Assembly (NCBI GenBank): GCA_049971295.1
Contig: JBMFLH010000025.1
Location: 1,397 to 25,743, forward strand
DNA from: Candidatus Ratteibacteria bacterium
Lineage (GTDB): Bacteria > Ratteibacteria > UBA8468 > B48-G9 > DTJG01
Reading direction: 5' to 3'
Length of the DNA: 24,347 nt
Below the pieces are notes generated by a model that was not told the origin of the DNA, did not search any database, and saw only the letters and a list, made by a program, of their open reading frames with translations. The position numbers were made by a program, and so were the translations under genes. Position 1 is the first letter of the stretch. Every line of letters starts with the position of its first letter. Below, piece after piece: positions 21,542-24,347 of this stretch.

Positions 21542-22563
21542 GTATCATCCTCAGTAATAATAAGGTTTCTATCTGTTGTTACTATGATTGTATCCTCTGA
21601 TTTTGTTCCAGTGATTGAAGGGTTCCACGCAAATGCATAGCCAGGTTTAATAACATCGGTACTTTCTGGTGTTGCCCTGTAGTATCTTGTTTTATAACCA
21701 CACGGACCCCCCTGATGGTGTTTTTCCCACTCTTCAGAAAATCCCGTTGCTTTGTAAGCTTCAATACCTGTCTTAAATACTTCGCCAATTGTTTTACCAG
21801 GTTTTGTCGAGTTGATAAATGTGGCATCAACATAACATACTGCCTGATGCTTTTTTAAGATTTCTTCAGGCGGTTTTGAAAAACTGACAAGACGTGTCAT
21901 AGAGACAATCAATCCATTTTCGTATACACACACGACCACCATTGCATATTTTTTAATTTTTTTATCAGTTGCCACAGGATGTCTGAACTTTGCAATTCTT
22001 TCGTCTGCCGCGATAAGAATTACTACAGGAATTGCTCCACCTGTCCAGAATTTTTTACTTAAATTTCCAGCTACTTCATTTTCTGCTAAGCCGGGTTTTA
22101 TGTCGTGACACACCTCTGATACAATTTTTGTAATCTTTTGCCCCAGGTTATGGAATTTTTTTATTTCTTCGTCTGTTAATGGGAAATGCAGGTGGTCAAT
22201 GTCAGCATATTCAAGTTTGCCTCCGGGTTTATCAATTGCGATTTTACCATTGACGATTTTTTGTGCATTTTCGAACAATTTTTCATCCTGGTGCCAGTTT
22301 ATAATAATGTCTTCCACTGGAATATCTAAAAGTTCTTCCTGTTTTATTCTTGTTGCTTCAATGTTGTTTGCAAGTAAGAATATCTTTTTTTCTGTCACAA
22401 GCAAACTGCTGGCACCATATTCTGTATTTAATGCCACGTAATTTCTACCGCCCCCTGTGAACCATGCAAAATTGGAGATTCTGTTAAGGATAATACCTGA
22501 AAGATTTCTTTCTGAGAGAAAATTTCTGATTCTTGTCCATTTGATATCAATTTCGTTTTTCAT
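21475..22563 (-). CDS. M24 (pita-bread fold) peptidase/creatinase-like hydrolase, HHQGG subfamily
   Basis: Creatinase-N-like start (NFAWFTGG), RHP, SMTR, HHQGG..GY, WNPSI and KSEDT. Shine-Dalgarno AGGAGG (complement of 22569-22574). Confidence 0.85.
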   Translation of the reverse strand: MKNEIDIKWTRIRNFLSERNLSGIILNRISNFAWFTGGGRNYVALNTEYGASSLLVTEKKIFLLANNIEATRIKQEELLDIPVEDIIINWHQDEKLFENAQKIVNGKIAIDKPGGKLEYADIDHLHFPLTDEEIKKFHNLGQKITKIVSEVCHDIKPGLAENEVAGNLSKKFWTGGAIPVVILIAADERIAKFRHPVATDKKIKKYAMVVVCVYENGLIVSMTRLVSFSKPPEEILKKHQAVCYVDATFINSTKPGKTIGEVFKTGIEAYKATGFSEEWEKHHQGGPCGYKTRYYRATPESTDVIKPGYAFAWNPSITGTKSEDTIIVTTDRNLIITEDDTWPKIEIEIEGTCISRPDILVL

Positions 22564-22584
22564 AATGTCCTCCTGACAAACAAT

Positions 22585-22593
22585 ATTATATCA
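22585..22593 (-). promoter_or_regulatory. Extended -10 promoter for the M24-nfeD-LOG unit
   Basis: The minus strand reads TG-A-TATAAT, upstream of the AGGAGG Shine-Dalgarno. Confidence 0.55.
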
Positions 22594-22620
22594 AAGAATA
22601 AACTGAAGGAGAAATATTTT

Positions 22621-22649
22621 TTGGCAATTAACTGTTTATTTGCTAAAAT
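22621..22649 (+). promoter_or_regulatory. Sigma70 promoter for the ThuA-like and M55 genes
   Basis: TTGGCA, 17 bp spacer, TAAAAT with TG extension. Shine-Dalgarno GGGGAG at 22669-22674. Confidence 0.6.
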
Positions 22650-22679
22650 CTTATCATAAATTTTACACGGGGAGTTAAT

Positions 22680-23333
22680 ATGAAAAAATTTGTTCTTTTT
22701 CTTTGCGGTGGTTGGGAAGGTCATCAACCAGAAGAGTGTGTTTATCTTTTTTCAGATATTATGAAAAATGAGGGAATGGATGTTTATATCTCGCATTCAC
22801 TTGACATCTTACTTGACAAAGGATTTATGACAAAAGTTGACCTTATTGTTCCTGTCTGGACAGCAGGGAATATTACTGCCGAGCAGGAAAAAAATTTACT
22901 TTATACCGTGGAATCTGGTACTGGAATTGGTGGGTGGCACGGCGGAATGGGTGATGCATTTCGTAGCAATCCTTCTTATCAATTTATGGTGGGCGGTCAA
23001 TGGGTTGCTCATCCTGGTGGAATAATTGATTACGAGGTTAATATAGTGAAACCTGAAGACCCTATTGTACAGGGTATTAAGGATTTCAAGATAAAATCAG
23101 AGCAATATTATATGCATGTCGACCCTTCAAATGAGGTTCTTGCGACAACGACTTTTACAAAAGACACAGTTCCATGGATAGAAAAGTGTATAATGCCTGT
23201 TGTATGGAAAAGAATGTACGGCAAGGGAAAAGTTTTTTATTCTTCTCTCGGACACGTGAGAGCTGACTTTGATATTCCTGAGGTGAGAGAAATTACAAGA
23301 CGGGGACTTATCTGGGCTATTCGTCGGACATAG
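22680..23333 (+). CDS. ThuA-like domain protein (class I glutamine amidotransferase-like fold)
   Basis: [36 protein letters not shown] and [19 protein letters not shown]. Confidence 0.88.
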   Translation: MKKFVLFLCGGWEGHQPEECVYLFSDIMKNEGMDVYISHSLDILLDKGFMTKVDLIVPVWTAGNITAEQEKNLLYTVESGTGIGGWHGGMGDAFRSNPSYQFMVGGQWVAHPGGIIDYEVNIVKPEDPIVQGIKDFKIKSEQYYMHVDPSNEVLATTTFTKDTVPWIEKCIMPVVWKRMYGKGKVFYSSLGHVRADFDIPEVREITRRGLIWAIRRT

Positions 23334-23361
23334 ATATAAACTACTTTCACAGGGAGGAGAA

Positions 23362-24135
23362 ATGAAAATTTATATCTGTACTGACCTTGAAGGAGCGACA
23401 GGTGTATTCAAATTCAGTCAGACAAGACAGCAAGGCCCGGAATTTGAGTCAGCAATGAGATTATTGATGGGAGATGTCGCTGCTGTTTGTGAAGGATTGA
23501 AACAGGCAGGGGTGAACGAAATTTATGTGCTTGATGGACATAATGGTGGAAACAATTTCATTCCAGAATGCATGGTAAAAGGTGTAAGGTACATTACAGG
23601 ATATCCAAGGCAGGGTAATGTACTCTATGGACTGGATGAATCTTTTGATGGGTTTATCATGGTTGGTTATCATGCAATGAATGGGACTCCTGATGGTGTT
23701 TTACATCATACTCAAAGTTCTACTGTGGAGGCCAAATATTTTTATGATGGTGTGGAACGAGGTGAAATTTATCAGTGTGCAGTCATTGCAGGTCATTTTA
23801 ATGTCCCAGTGATTCTGGTCACAGGCGATGAAGCGGCATGTAGAGAAGCAAAAGTAATGCTTGGGGATGACTTACCAACAGTTGCAGTGAAAAGGGGTAT
23901 AAACAGAGAAGCCGCCATTTTGATTTCGCCTGAAGAAACAAGAGAGATGTTGATTGAAGGAGCAAAAAAGGCTATTGAGAAGATGCCAGTTCTCAAACCA
24001 TACAGGGTGAAATTCCCGATAAAACTGCGCATAAAGCGACTTGGTCCAGAAGGTGCAACGCTGGAAAATCCGTATTTTTCTGAAAAAGAAGTGGAAGTCA
24101 AAAATGGCCTGGATATAATAAGTGGAAGCATTTAG
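23362..24135 (+). CDS. M55 family metallopeptidase (DppA-like D-aminopeptidase)
   Basis: MKIYICTDLEG, DGH, GYHA..G...GVLHHT, GE, VPVILVTGD and VAVK. Shine-Dalgarno GGGAGG upstream. Confidence 0.9.
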   Translation: MKIYICTDLEGATGVFKFSQTRQQGPEFESAMRLLMGDVAAVCEGLKQAGVNEIYVLDGHNGGNNFIPECMVKGVRYITGYPRQGNVLYGLDESFDGFIMVGYHAMNGTPDGVLHHTQSSTVEAKYFYDGVERGEIYQCAVIAGHFNVPVILVTGDEAACREAKVMLGDDLPTVAVKRGINREAAILISPEETREMLIEGAKKAIEKMPVLKPYRVKFPIKLRIKRLGPEGATLENPYFSEKEVEVKNGLDIISGSI

Positions 24136-24263
24136 TTCCAAAGAAGTAGTCAACAATTGATTTATTACAAGCAACGGAGTTGCAAAGGGATAGGAGAAGT
24201 CAGTGCAAGTTTACCCTTTCTTCTTACTTTGTTTGTTCAAGCGTCGGGAACCTTAAATGGTTT

Positions 24264-24292
24264 TTGACACATTCATATAACAAAAGTACAAT
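24264..24292 (+). promoter_or_regulatory. Near-consensus sigma70 promoter
   Basis: TTGACA (24264-24269), 17 bp spacer, TACAAT (24287-24292). Confidence 0.75.
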
Positions 24293-24301
24293 AATTCTGT
24301 T

Positions 24302-24347
24302 ATGGAAAAACAGAAAAAAATTGAAATTTATGACACTACATTGAGGG
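24302..24347 (+). CDS. N-terminus of a DRE-TIM metallolyase (citramalate synthase CimA / isopropylmalate synthase type), truncated by window edge
   Basis: Not in the ORF track. Translates as MEKQKKIEIYDTTLR, matching the family IYDTTLRDG motif. Confidence 0.8.
   Translation, partial: MEKQKKIEIYDTTLR

Overview
AT-rich bacterial chromosomal window, almost fully coding, with no recognisable mobile element, CRISPR array, rRNA or tRNA. Bases 1-19577 are one run of + strand genes, mostly overlapping or abutting. It starts with a surface-glycosylation block: GT2 fragment, SAM methyltransferase, RfbE-like 2-epimerase, UDP-glucose dehydrogenase, UDP-glucuronate decarboxylase, Cys-insert SDR epimerase, two polyprenol-phosphate GT2s and a GT-C transferase. 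It continues with queA-tgt-yajC, a divergent larC, DUF503, valS, rplU, hflX, nrnA, truB and a phosphohexomutase. On the - strand lie an atypical M24 hydrolase, nfeD and a LOG-family gene, divergent from ThuA-like and M55 genes. The window ends in the start of a DRE-TIM synthase (cimA/leuA type). Best leads: a LarC apparently lacking N-terminal metal motifs and sitting where secDF normally is, an arn-like lipid-linked neutral-sugar (probably pentose) transfer pathway, an M24 protein lacking most metal ligands, fragmented conserved operons, near-leaderless promoters and a possibly structured intergenic RNA. All calls come from motif recognition by eye and recalled family consensus; no searches were run, so novelty is unverified.
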